This document shows, in pieces, positions 11,774-23,409 of a DNA stretch of 64,000 nucleotides. Each line of letters opens with the position of its first letter. Position 1 is the stretch's first letter. Source of the DNA: Thalia democratica (lineage: Eukaryota); the NCBI GenBank assembly GCA_965202585.1, contig OZ241830.1, forward strand, positions 31,062,001 to 31,126,000, given 5' to 3'. The position numbers were made by a program, and so were the translations under genes. The notes under the pieces were generated by a model, which worked only from the letters and a program-made list of their open reading frames with translations, did no database searches and was not told the origin of the DNA.

Positions 11774-14700
11774 TGTATTATAATCTATAAAAGTATTTAC
11801 AGTTTTAACTATTTAGTAGATAACAATATAATTTCTTACATCAAAGATTTTCATCCTTTAAAAAAAGTATAACAAGTTAAACTTTGAGCCTTCTTTCATA
11901 TTTTAAGGTGGTATTTTAATATCTTACAGTCCTGATTAAATACGATTAAGTTGTACTAGAATTTTCATTTGTTAATTATATATATATACTTACACAGGTT
12001 AAACAGTTAAGTAAATTAGTGCTAAGAATCTCATTTACGAAAATATTTTTCTTTAAATGTATTTTATTGACCTCTTGGGTATCATTATAAAACAAACATT
12101 AAATAATACTTATTTTCATAAGTTTAATTAAACTAACCATATGATATTATTTGATATATTGATTAAACTAAGTTTATCGGTATTCCTAAAATATGAATTG
12201 TTGTTACAGTTCTTCTTGTTTACTAGTTCACACTTAAACTTGACCAGCGTATCTAAATTTGTTAAAATTTTATAAAAGAAAAAAAAAATTTGAAGTTTAA
12301 AAACTATTTTGAAGTAGATTTTAGTTTTCGCAAAACACTTAACACAAACTTAGTAGATAAGTACAATGCACAATAAAAGTTAAGATAAAAAAAAGTTTAA
12401 ACGTAGTCTATAATATATTATTCAATTCTATTTAATATTTTAAAACTAAAAACTCTGTCCTAATTATCAGTGCTTTATATTATAATATTTTAGATGTTTA
12501 TTTAGTAACATGTTTTTTTATTAATTTTACAGAAAAAATTCAAAATAAATTTATCTAAAAAGTATCTAAAACATAATAAGAATGTATTTAATTCTGTAAT
12601 GTTTTAATATATTTTAGTAAATAATTTGGGTGTTTAATATTACAAATATAACATTAAAAAATAGCTACTATGTTGAAAGCAGCTTTTTCTACAAAATAAT
12701 TATTTAAACCACAGCTCTAAAACCCAAAACATTTTTGTAATGATACTAAATACTAAGTATAATTTTTAGAACAAAAATATCATATAAAACTTATTAAACA
12801 TATTATAATATATCATTTTAATAGATTAACTAATCTTTTAAGTAAATTTATTTACTTTTTTATTAGTAAACTAGTACTAATTACAGATTTCGAAAAATTA
12901 CTTTTGAAATTGCTTTAATTTCCAACATTTGTTTTGGTAACACCTTTATATTTATTCAAACTACTAAATTATAAAAAAACCTTAGGGAAACTACTGTTTT
13001 AAAATAAATTTAGAAAAACATTATTATAAAACCATGGCTTTCATAAATACAACTCGTGGACTAAGTTTTACTGGTTTAAAATTAATTTAGCTTGACTTTA
13101 ATTTAAACTGCAGTAAACGAACATAATATTTAATATAAAATTAAGTTTTACGATATTATGCATGTTAAATTTGTATTACAACAAACTAATGCTTGTTAAA
13201 CGATAAAACTATAAAATATTAGTGGTATAGTAAATTAAAAACATCTTTCAAAATATAACATCAGTAATATAAAAAAGAGAAAATAATTAATACAAACAAC
13301 GATTAATAACATTAGTAGTTGTTCTAATAATTTGGTCAATTGTTTACGAAAACTGATACATCTAGTCCAACAACAAAATGATAGCAAGCAAAATTGCAAA
13401 AACATTTTGAAAAACAATTAAAAGTAATTTCTCGTTTCAAAAGCTATGTTTATTAAAATTTTGTTATGTGCAACTAACATGTATTTTATTAACTAAAATA
13501 AACCGTTATTTTACAGTAAAAAATTCATAAAGTAAGTTTATTTTTAGATTATCTATTATATTTTGAATACACTAATCCTTTGTTATTTTTATAGAATTTG
13601 ATGAATTAAAATATTGTATTAAATTTTATTTAAAATAATTGGTCTCCTATAAAATTAATAAATAAGTTTTTAAGTTTTTCTTAGCATAACGATTCTCCTT
13701 TTAGTGCCTTTCTGCATGAATTGTTGTTTGTAAATTTGACAAATGCACAACATTTTAAATAAATTCAAATTCCGACAATTCAAATGCTTAATAAAAAAAT
13801 TGAAAGAGCCAAAGCTATAAGAGTAATGTATATTTGTCAAATATGAAAAAAAACATATAGGTCTTATTAATATCTACAAGCTATTTTTATTTTTGAACAT
13901 TTTTTTTTTGAGAGATTACTTAAAAAATAGAACATAGTGATATTTAGTAATTTTGGAGTATCTTAAAACTTAAAAGTTTTTGCAAAAAAGAAAAAGTGAC
14001 TTGTAGTAAATAGTAAGATCTACATAAGTAATTTTTAAATCTTGAAACTTATATCACTGTTTGAGATATAGCTTTTTAAATATTTTTATAAAAATTTAAA
14101 TTTTCGGAACTTGAATTTTCATGTAACCGAATTTGGCAAGTAGTACTCAAAAATCAATTATGTTAAACATAAATTAACTCAGAACTGTTAAACATTCAAA
14201 CTTTCAACCCTTAAATGTTTAAAACCCAATATTTTAAATCTAAAGTATAATCCATAACACATTTAACAGAAAAATATAAATCACAGGACATTAAGAGGAC
14301 AAAAACAGAAAAATTCTTTTTACAAAAAAAGAACGTAAAATATAATTTTAGTAGTTTTTAGCTGATGATTAAATACGCTCTTGCAAAATTAATAATGATT
14401 AATGTGTTTTAAAAATAATAGTTCTATAGCCTTTAAAAACAAAATATCTTTTTAATTTATGTAGTATAATATATACTAACATATATGAGTCTTATATTTA
14501 TTTTGTGCTAGTTTTTGTAATTATATTTGAATAAATATACACAAAATAACACACTAAAACAAAAATATTTTAAAGTTAAAATGTTTTGTTAAAACAAAAA
14601 ATTTAAGTTACAGAAGAAAAAGCGTAAATTTAGACAAAAATACTAATTTTAAAGTCATAAAAAAGCCGTCAATTTATGGAAAAATTAAAGTAAGTCGTAG

Positions 14701-14837
14701 GTTTACAAAAAAAAACCTGCTAACAGCCTAATACATAAAAAAAAACTTTAGATATTATATTTAATTAAAGAAATAAGAAATCACCTTGGATGACTTTTAG
14801 CAACAGTGTGTGGCAACTCACACATATTAGTTTTTAG

Positions 14838-14972
14838 AGCAAAACTTAACAGTCAATTACTTACGTTTATGCCGCTTATTTTGATCATCAAACTGTTTCA
14901 AATGGAAAGCATTTTTTGAGTTGCAACTTGGTTGCTGCATCCGGGGGTCCTGAGCTTGTTCTTTGTTCTTGA
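14838..14972 (+). other. Candidate non-coding exon of the hairpin-cluster host transcript
   Basis: ttttag|AGCAAAAC...TGA|gtatt. The paralog at 46392-46464 has ttctcag|AGAAGCAAC...CAG|gtattt. Confidence 0.3.
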
Positions 14973-15505
14973 GTATTAATAAAGTTTAAAATCTAAAACT
15001 TTTATCTGTTAAATAAAACTACAATGGATCAGTTTGTTTTAACTTTGAGTTAAGTTTTTAGTTTAAAAAAATGTTTCTATAGCTATATAATTATCTTTCA
15101 GTTATGTAAAAATATTTTGAAATCTACTTTAGTGCCTTAGCAAAATAAGATAATAAACGTTTAGGATATTAATTTTGATTGCTGTTTCATAATAAAAAAG
15201 AAGACTTAAAGGAACTTTAATTGTAAATTTATTAGTTCTACTGTCTAAAGTTCTAAAATCAAATTTTTTTTATTTATTGAAGATTTTATTAATTTCAAAA
15301 ACTACATCTAAATCTCAGTTCAATTTTTTATAGTTAGCTAGTGGTAAATACATATAATAGGTATAATTATATTTACTGTAAAATAGTAATATCACTTTTT
15401 ATTAAGTTAAGTATCAAAAATACAAAATAAAAAGTTTACTAAAACCTATAACCTTAACTTAGTCATAAATTTTAAACTTTCATAAATTTTAAAGCAACTC
15501 TAATA

Positions 15506-15508
<3 letters not shown>

Positions 15509-15542
<34 letters not shown>
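15509..15542. repeat. (AT)n microsatellite
   Basis: Directly visible. Confidence 0.95.
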
Positions 15543-15545
<3 letters not shown>

Positions 15546-16117
15546 GTAAATCTAAAAATAACTTTTAGTTAAATAAGAACTAAACCTCTGTCAAACACTG
15601 TTTATTTTAGACTTGGATAATTTAATGTTCTGATAGTCAACTTTTTTACTAAGAGGGAAAACAACTTCAACTACAAAATAAAAAGAATCTTCAATTAGTA
15701 AAAAGCTAACATAAACATGTGTATAATTTATTTTAAACTATAATATAGGAAAATTACAGATTTGAATAATTCAGTATTATTTTACTTATGACTGCTCAAA
15801 ACTTTTTACAATGACTTTATTAAATGAGTAAAATATATTCACTTAAACTCAGTATGTTGCATAACTGGGTCATACAAGTAGTTTAAATTTAAAAAAAGTA
15901 TACAAAACAAAAACTCCAGTAAGTTTATACATTATTGCTCAATTAAATTAAAACATTGATATTTTGACATAAAAATAAATATCTTCACTTTATTAGTTTA
16001 GACCCTTGGTTAAATTAAGAAAATAGTTATAAGTTAGTTATAGTACAAAAATTTCAAAAAAAAAATATTTTGAAAACAAGCTTTGATTAGCAACATTCCT
16101 TTTCTTCTGCTTTAAAT

Positions 16118-16151
16118 AAAAACGAGATAACTAAATGTTGACAAGGTAAGC
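16118..16151 (+). other. Conserved micro-exon end and 5' splice donor (AAG|GTAAGC)
   Basis: AAAAACGAGATAACTAAATGTTGACAAG|GTAAGC. Paralogs are 47409-47439 (tttttag|...AAG|GTGAGC) and ...AACAAG|GTAAGC ending at 48001. Confidence 0.45.
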
Positions 16152-19100
16152 TCTAAATAAAGATAGCGTTACTCGTTTTTCTTTCTTCTATTATCATAAC
16201 CAACCGAAAAGTAATGCAAACCTTACATCGTTGTTAATTACAACGGAAGAGCAAACAAAAACTTTTAAACTATTTTTTTAACATTTGAAGTGTATTTTAA
16301 CTTAGTATTTGTTTTCGACTTAGTTGATTTGTAAATAACAAAATGCAAAATAACAAGAAATTTAATAATAAAAGTAAAATAATTAAATTTAATCTTTTTT
16401 TACAAAACGAATTGATCTTTGTATGATCGATTTAAACATTTTTAGTGTTTATGTAGATATAACGACATGTAAAATACTTTATATAGCATAATTGTCATAT
16501 TAAAGAAGACAAGTTATAACATTTTAATGAAAATTTATGTAATTCAGGTTAGCTAATACTTATTCTCTTAAATTTTGATGTTTTACAGCTTATTCTTATA
16601 AATAATAAATAAAGATTGTTAATATTTATCTTTTTATTAAAAAAAAAAATATGGTAATTTAAAAGTTAAAAACTCGAAGGGGATATCAGAATTGTGGTTT
16701 TATTTAGTCAAATCTATAATACAGTGTGTAGGCTATTCAACTAATTAAATAAAGTTTTTGTTAAATTTGTTTAACTAAACTTTTTTGTTTTTTTTTGTTA
16801 TAAAATTGTTTTTATGTTTTCTAGTAGACATCATCAGATATGGTAATAAATTTGACTAAAATTCGCTCAAAGCAACTAACTTGCTCTGTCATTTATCATT
16901 TTAAAAAGGCAAGACCTATTACACTTCCTTCGCTTTTTGTATTATGCAAAATAGTCGTTTCGTACTTTGGTTACAATCTAATGAAAACAACAAAACTAAA
17001 CATGAAACTATTATTGATGACGTATTGATTTCATTCCTTATATAGATCATATTTATTTATTAAATCCTAACTATTTTAATAAAATAAACTTCTATTTAAA
17101 AAGATATACCTAATCAAAGTTAAATTTAGACTTTTGATGTTATTTAAGTTTTGGATGTTAAAACAAAGCTTTAGTCTGTTTTTTTCGGACAAAAAAACTT
17201 AAAATTAAAATATAATTTTGCTCTAAAAACACTTTTGCTATCTAAGTACGAACTAATTGTAAATATGATTTTTCATACCGTTAAAAAAAATAATAAAAAT
17301 TACATAGTTATTTTCTAAATTTACTGTAAATGCAAAACAACTATCACTTCTACGACAAAATAAAACAGATTAGATAGAAACATCGTTGACACTGCGACAG
17401 TATCCGTTTATAAAATATACTCGAGCTTTAAATTTTTAAGTTAAAACTAACAAAAGTCTTTTAACTATTTAAATTTTTCAGTTCAGTTTTTTTTATATAC
17501 TTGACATATAATTATAATTGTATACAATTTTTTAAAGTACCTTCGTAAAGCTTAATGTTATAAACTGCTTAAAACTTTTGTTTTTGTTATTTATCGATAT
17601 AAAAAAACTTTCAACTAACTCAATAGCTAGTGTAGTAAGTTTAAATAATTTCAAATGAATTGTCTTTGATTTAGAATTTAAACAATTTGTGTAAGAATTA
17701 ATAACAGTTTAAATTAATGTTTTAAACATAAAGTTTATTTTGGCCATCTTGAGCTTTTTGTTTTGGTGTTATTGTAGTAAAGTTATAGTTTTTTTTTTTT
17801 TGCTTTAATAATAAAGATTTTCTGCTTATTTTAGTGGTAAGTGGAAATAATTTTTAATGCTGTGTGTAAGTTTTGTAAAATATTTTCTGAATTGAATAGT
17901 TTTTAAATAAAAAGACAATTTTTACAAAAACTTAATTTATACTTTCCTTTTGCTACTGACATTTTTTAAAAATAACAAACATTCTAAGTTACTTTAAAAG
18001 TTTTTACTCTTTTGATTATTGCTTAAAGTCAAAACAATAAAAAAAATGACGAAAGTATTCAAATATCTTGTTTTGTGCAATTTAGTCTCCTGTGTAATTT
18101 TATCTTCGTGCAATTTTGACGTGTTTTCCTTAAATGCACCCGACGAAAGTATTCAAATATCTTTTAGATGAAAGATTGCATAACATTTCTTATACAAACT
18201 GTAAATCTTAGAATGGATTTAAAAATAAACATACTAAATTATATGACAGATATATAAGTATTAAAAAAGTATTAAAATCTTGTAACTCATCATTTTAAAA
18301 GTCTATGTCAAAATAGTTACAGATTTTTATTGTAAATTTGCCACACAAATACTCATGCATGACATTATATTATTCAAACAAGTATTTCTTGTTCAGTATT
18401 CAGAAAACATTATTTTAGATTTTGGTCAGAGTTCCTGGCATAACCAGTAAGGTTCAGAAATAAGTATTAAAAAAAGATATAAATCTCATAAAATATGTTT
18501 ACGTTAAAAATACATGCCTTATTTTAGTATGAGAATTAAAAAAAAATTATCATTATTTAATTTGTTTCTAATTGTAAATGTTCATACACAAATATTAGTA
18601 GATTTATTTTTGGTTAAGCTAAAAAACTATATAATATTTTGTTGTTTGTTTTGGTTGAGTTGTGTTTTAAAAGTTAATGAACTTTAAATATTTTACTTAA
18701 TATATGCATCCTTGGTTATATTTAAAAACAAATATGGTTTTTTACTAAATTAGATTTTGACCATTTTCGTTAGCTGTAAGTAATTTTGAGCACTTTTACT
18801 GATGCAACTGTTTAATACTAATGAGTTATAGCAAGCAATATAATACTATAATAGTATTAAAAAAATTAGTATACTTAATTTGTTAGTATGTGAATTTAAA
18901 TAAATTTAATTTGTATTCTAAAACGGCGTTTGGGAAAATGTTAAATAATGTTCAATTGTAAAAACCTGTATTAACTTTTTATTAATTAAGTATTAGATTG
19001 AATTTTTAATTCGCATGGTTTCTTTACAGATAGTCAATTTCAGATTATTAGAAAAAACTTAAAAATTTATTTAAGGTTAATTTGATTTAAAGAACTTTGA

Positions 19101-19637
19101 TCCTTTTTAAGTGAGTCAATTTTTTAATTTTAAATATAATCAGTCACTGTTTTAAATCTTTATAAATTAGCCTTAACCAATTTGAAACTAAATTGTAATT
19201 AAATAGCCTTGAATATTATCTGTAATTTTTATAAGATTTAGGGCACCTAGTTATGCATATGTAAAAACTCTTTTTTAATTCTAATCTGAAAATTCTAATT
19301 TCTTTGTGTTTATAGATATGGTAAATTATAACGATGTATGCCATAACTCTCATTGTTCTCTGTTTCTTTTTGTTTGAATATATATTTGTATGTATATATT
19401 TTATACCGGAAGTTTCTCATGAAGTAATAATTAACTATTATTGTAGCAGCTGAAAATTTGTTAGTTAACATGATTGGTTAGATGATTATAATAACTTTTC
19501 AATATTATTAATGTGATCAGTAAAACTAATACTGAATTTGTTATGATACATAACAGTACTTAATGTTTTCTAGTTAATTTTTGGTCAAATTAATTGAATT
19601 AATTACTAAGTTATAGCTGAGCAAAGATATATTACTT

Positions 19638-19713
19638 TGTATGTAGTAAAATGAATGGCAATAATGGTTGTAATTATCAACAACCTATGTTATCATTCAT
19701 ACAATAACAAACA
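19638..19713 (+). ncRNA. pri-miRNA-like hairpin H1 (predicted mature arm 5p, UGAAUGGCAAUAAUGGUU...)
   Basis: 21-bp upper stem with G:U pairs. UG at -14/-13. The first 18 nt of the 5' arm are identical in paralog H1', while the 3' arm has diverged. Confidence 0.75.
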
Positions 19714-19762
19714 GTTTATTTTCAATAGTACCTAAAAAGAAGCTCTTGTAACCTTTGAATAG

Positions 19763-19840
19763 TGTTTAGAGCTGAATGATTGCTGTTGTTAGTTCTTTGT
19801 TTTCTGGAGAACTAATTCACTAATCATACAGTTACAAACA
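19763..19840 (+). ncRNA. pri-miRNA-like hairpin H2 (predicted mature arm 3p, GAGAACUAAUUCACUAAUCAUA)
   Basis: ~35-bp stem including the lower stem. Basal UG. CAAC ~15 nt past the predicted 3' cut. 3' arm is 21/22 identical to the paralog; 5' arm has 6 differences. Confidence 0.8.
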
Positions 19841-19881
19841 TTCAACCTACTACATATTACACTTTAATATGACAAAATCTG

Positions 19882-19959
19882 TGCTAGTAGCCAAATGATT
19901 TGAAATGGATACTTCTTTGTTTAAAGAGAAGTATCATTTCAGTCATACAGTTACAAACA
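19882..19959 (+). ncRNA. pri-miRNA-like hairpin H3
   Basis: UGAUUUGAAAUGGAUACUUCUU pairs with GAGAAGUAUCAUUUCAGUCA. Basal UG. Both arms are essentially identical in the paralog. Confidence 0.8.
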
Positions 19960-20010
19960 AACAATCTAAAAGCTCAAGAAAAGAAAAATTAGATAACAAT
20001 AATAAATCAT

Positions 20011-20101
20011 TGCATATTGCAGTAAGGCAATTCTATTAGTTCCCTGTTTAATGTTAATTTTATAACAGGAACTAATATGGTTGTCTTTCTGAATTAATGC
20101 A
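20011..20101 (+). ncRNA. pri-miRNA-like hairpin H4 (type B)
   Basis: AGGCAAUUCUAUUAGUUCCCUGUU pairs with AACAGGAACUAAUAUGGUUGUCU. TGCAT...ATGCA base with basal UG. Confidence 0.75.
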
Positions 20102-20214
20102 TAAATAATTGTTACTTAAGCTTAAATAGTGAAATTAAAGGTTAGTTATAAATTGTATGTTTGTTAAATTTTGATATAAACTAATTTATAGAAATTTTTA
20201 AGTATCTTTAAATG

Positions 20215-20296
20215 TGTTTTGAGCTAAATGATTGATGATAAATAGTTTTTTATATAATCAAAAAAACTATTTCCACCAGTCATACAGTTACAAATA
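20215..20296 (+). ncRNA. pri-miRNA-like hairpin H5 (predicted mature arm 3p, AAAACUAUUUCCACCAGUCAUA)
   Basis: Stem with the shared scaffold and basal UG. 3' arm has 1 difference and 5' arm 4 differences versus the paralog. Confidence 0.75.
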
Positions 20297-20366
20297 AACA
20301 ATCTAAAAACTAAAATGTTATTTAGCAATGAAACTCATGTTGAAAATTCAATGGACTGTCAGCCAC

Positions 20367-20452
20367 TGCTTATATCGACAAGGCATTCATGTTAGATTCT
20401 GTTAAATATTACTTAACAGGAGCTAACATGAATGCCCTACTGATTTATTGCA
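20367..20452 (+). ncRNA. pri-miRNA-like hairpin H6 (type B)
   Basis: GGCAUUCAUGUUAGAUUCUGUUAA pairs with UUAACAGGAGCUAACAUGAAUGCC in a near-perfect stem. Basal UG. Confidence 0.75.
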
Positions 20453-20466
20453 TAGAAAAATGACAT

Positions 20467-20522
20467 GAAGCTAAAATGTTTTAAGAGACTATTAACATTA
20501 GTCATATAGTTACAAGCAATCA
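20467..20522 (+). pseudogene. Internally deleted relic hairpin H7
   Basis: Keeps the scaffold (GAAGCTAAAATG...AGTCATATAGTTACAAG) but has only a short stem. Absent from the unit 2 cluster. Confidence 0.5.
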
Positions 20523-20595
20523 ACTAAAAACCTTAAGAGGTTTTAATGATTATTTTGAATGTGTAGAACTTCTCAAATAATTTTTACTTTTGTTA

Positions 20596-20966
20596 CAGGG
20601 TTGTCATAAAACTTAGAATGCTGGAAAAGTCTGGAATTACACAATTTAGGCTAAGAAAAGCTTGAAAAACCCCAAAATTAAAAAAAATTGTAAAAAAGGG
20701 AAAAATATGGGATTTTATATAAAATTCTCTAAAAATCATGGAATTTTAAACAATTTTTACAAGTTAAGTAGATAAATATATTTTGTCACCACCAACCTTT
20801 TTTATTTTTAAAAACCCTTTCAAACTTTAACAGTACATTTTCAGTGTTGCTTTGCTACTTAATTAAATTCCTGACCCTAAACTTAATTTCAAACTAAAAA
20901 TAGACCCAAAAATGTGTACTATGAAAATACCTGAAAGAAATTTTTCAAACACTAGAGGCAACCCTG
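20596..20966. mobile_element. hAT-like MITE (CAGGGTTG family)
   Basis: Termini CAGGGTTGTC...GGCAACCCTG. A truncated ortholog lies at ~53000-53310. Confidence 0.7.
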
Positions 20967-23409
20967 TAGTTAGCTTTGTAAGAATCATTTACACTAGTTA
21001 TACAATTAAATACAAAACAATGTACACAAACTATTAACTGGTCAATATACCATAACTATAATTAGAGCTAGAACAGTTGGGTTAAACAGCTTAAATCTTT
21101 GCAGAAAATATATTTACTTGAAAGAAGTTTAAAACATTTATATTCTAGTAATTAAGTAAAAAATTCATGCTTGTTATTACTGAAGATATGTGTTTGTATA
21201 ATGGCCACTAAACCTGGAATGCTAGAAAAAACTGAAAAAAATCTTGAAACTGACAACTTAAGCTAAAAAAAGCCTTGAATTTAAGAAAAAGTTTTAAAAA
21301 AAAGGAAAAACTTTGAACTTTAAATACTTTTTACACATAAGTTTTGTAAAATTTTGATTAGACTGCAAAATTCTAAAGTAAAGTTTTGTCACAAATATAG
21401 ACACTAAAAATTTTGTCATTACCAATTTTTTTTTACAATTTAAAACATATTTAAAGTAGTTTAAGAGTATCTTTTCAATAGTGTTATACTACTTAAAACA
21501 GTTTTTTTAACCTTATGCTTAACTTGAAATAAATATAGAAAACCTTGTAAAGGTTTCTCAAAAGTAGGTGGGCAACCTATGTATGTAATTTACTAACAGC
21601 TGATACCTGATTCATTTTAAATAGACAAAAATTTTATTTACACCAATTATTTAGTTAATTTATTTACCACATTGTACAAATAATTAAACAAAAAAAAAGA
21701 TTAAAATTAGTTAAGGTAATGTTTTTGAAATAGTTAATTTATTATGAAACTACCTAAGCTGTTTTTGGGTACAAATAAATCATTACTGATAAAAAAAAAG
21801 TTGTTAATCTTATTAATACCCACTTGCCTATGTTAAAAATTTTATTGTGTCCTTTTTCATGAAAGTTATGTTAGGAGATAATTCTTTAGTTTAACTTTAG
21901 CTAAAAATAGTAAATCATAGTTTTTAAAATTATTAAGCTAGCAAAACTATTTTCGTCCTGCAATTTGAAACAATAAATTTGTTGCTCCAATTTAGTTGCA
22001 ATGCAAGATAATTATTTTTAACAAAAAAAAAATCTGTATCTATTCATAGCTACAAAATTAAAGTAGTAAAAACTTTGATCGTAAAAATGTGAAAAAAAAA
22101 TTTTTAACAAACAAATGATTTAAAACTTTATTTCATCATTTTTTTAGTTGTTAATATGCCTGCAAACTTTAGGAAACATTTTTTGAGTTTTAGATTCTTA
22201 CTTTATGTACCAACTAGTGAATTTGGTTTGAAGTAATATTTAAAAAAAATTCGTTGAGTACAAAATTGGTAAAAATTATAATTTGTCTATAGCTTGAAGT
22301 GAAGGTTCTTATCAAAACTGTTAAGTTATTCTATATTAAGGTTTTCTACTGACGGTAAAGTTTTATTTAGTGCCAATTATAATAAAATTTAAAAAGATTT
22401 AAGTTTCAATTTACATTTGTAGTTAGAAGTGAAGAGAAAAAAGTTCTTAGACGTATTTAAAGTTAGTTTTAAAACTTCTAGTAGACCAGGCCAGAGATTT
22501 CCGTAAAAAAACTGTTTCAGAAACTTAGGGCGCATAAGCAATAATGGTAAGTGGGCACAAAGCCACAATTTGAAACTTATACTAGAAATTCTTGAGTTGA
22601 TGATATAGAGAAAAAACAGTTTTATGCTTATTTAACAGTTCTTTTTTAAGAGAGGGAGCCATTGCTTTTAAATTTTTATTAATAGTAGCCTTATGAAAAA
22701 ATCTTTTAAATACAGTGATCTACAGAATAGTTTTTTAGAATTAATTTTCATGATCGATTTATTTGGCAGAGATTTCAAAAGGATTGCTTTTCTACTAGTT
22801 ATTAACCTTTTACTTTAACGCCCTATAACTAGTTATTATTTCGTTAAATAGTTAATTTTAAGGATACCCTGTTTCAAATATAACATATATTTAATGTTTT
22901 TAAAACAACTCTAGAATTACTCAAAGATCTAAAAATTTTAGTTATATTAGAGCTCAGCTGACAATTTCAAAATTGCCACCTATTTTAATTGTGATCTCTC
23001 CCCTAACTTTTTAAAATCTCCCAAAAGGCGATATCGCCTTCTATGAGTAACCCACACCTGATCTTAGACAAGCTCAAAATTGCAACTTATTAGTTGATAA
23101 TAATAAACCTCCTTCATTATAGATCACTTTTTAAAGCATAGACCAAAAGTGCCTAATATTTGTTATCGAACGACAAAAAAAATTTGGATTAATTGGTCAT
23201 AGGAAATGGTTTACGATAGGACCTTTCGGTTAACGAGTCGTACAACACTTGGTTATTATTTGACATTTGATCTAAAACGAGTTCAAAAATGGACAGTTTG
23301 CAAAATTAAAAACAGTAATAAAAAGTTATTGTGAAACTTTAGAAAACAAAAATTATTATCTTATAAAAGTCTTATCGAGTAACATTTTTTTTATTTTTGG
23401 AAAAGAATA

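Noticed and set aside
19510-19570. Possible extra hairpin upstream of H1 (TGTTATG-ATA-CATAACA)
   Set aside because: Short stem with a large bulge, and not conserved in unit 2.
19770-19810. C/D or H/ACA snoRNAs (ATGATT...CTGA and ACA motifs)
   Set aside because: CTGA is not conserved (CTGG in unit 1). The boxes lie inside long continuous stems, and there are no pseudouridylation pockets.
19638-20522. CRISPR-like repeat-spacer array (recurring CATACAGTTACAAA)
   Set aside because: The context is eukaryotic with no cas genes and irregular spacing. The variable parts are self-complementary hairpin arms related to each other.
21830-22480. Conserved blocks downstream of the cluster (paralog 54010-54630) as further miRNA hairpins
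   Set aside because: No stem of 20 bp or more and no scaffold motif found by eye.
23025-23040. Perfect 16-bp palindrome AAGGCGATATCGCCTT
   Set aside because: Broken in the paralog (~55176, GATATCACCT) and appears to sit in a repeat-like block.
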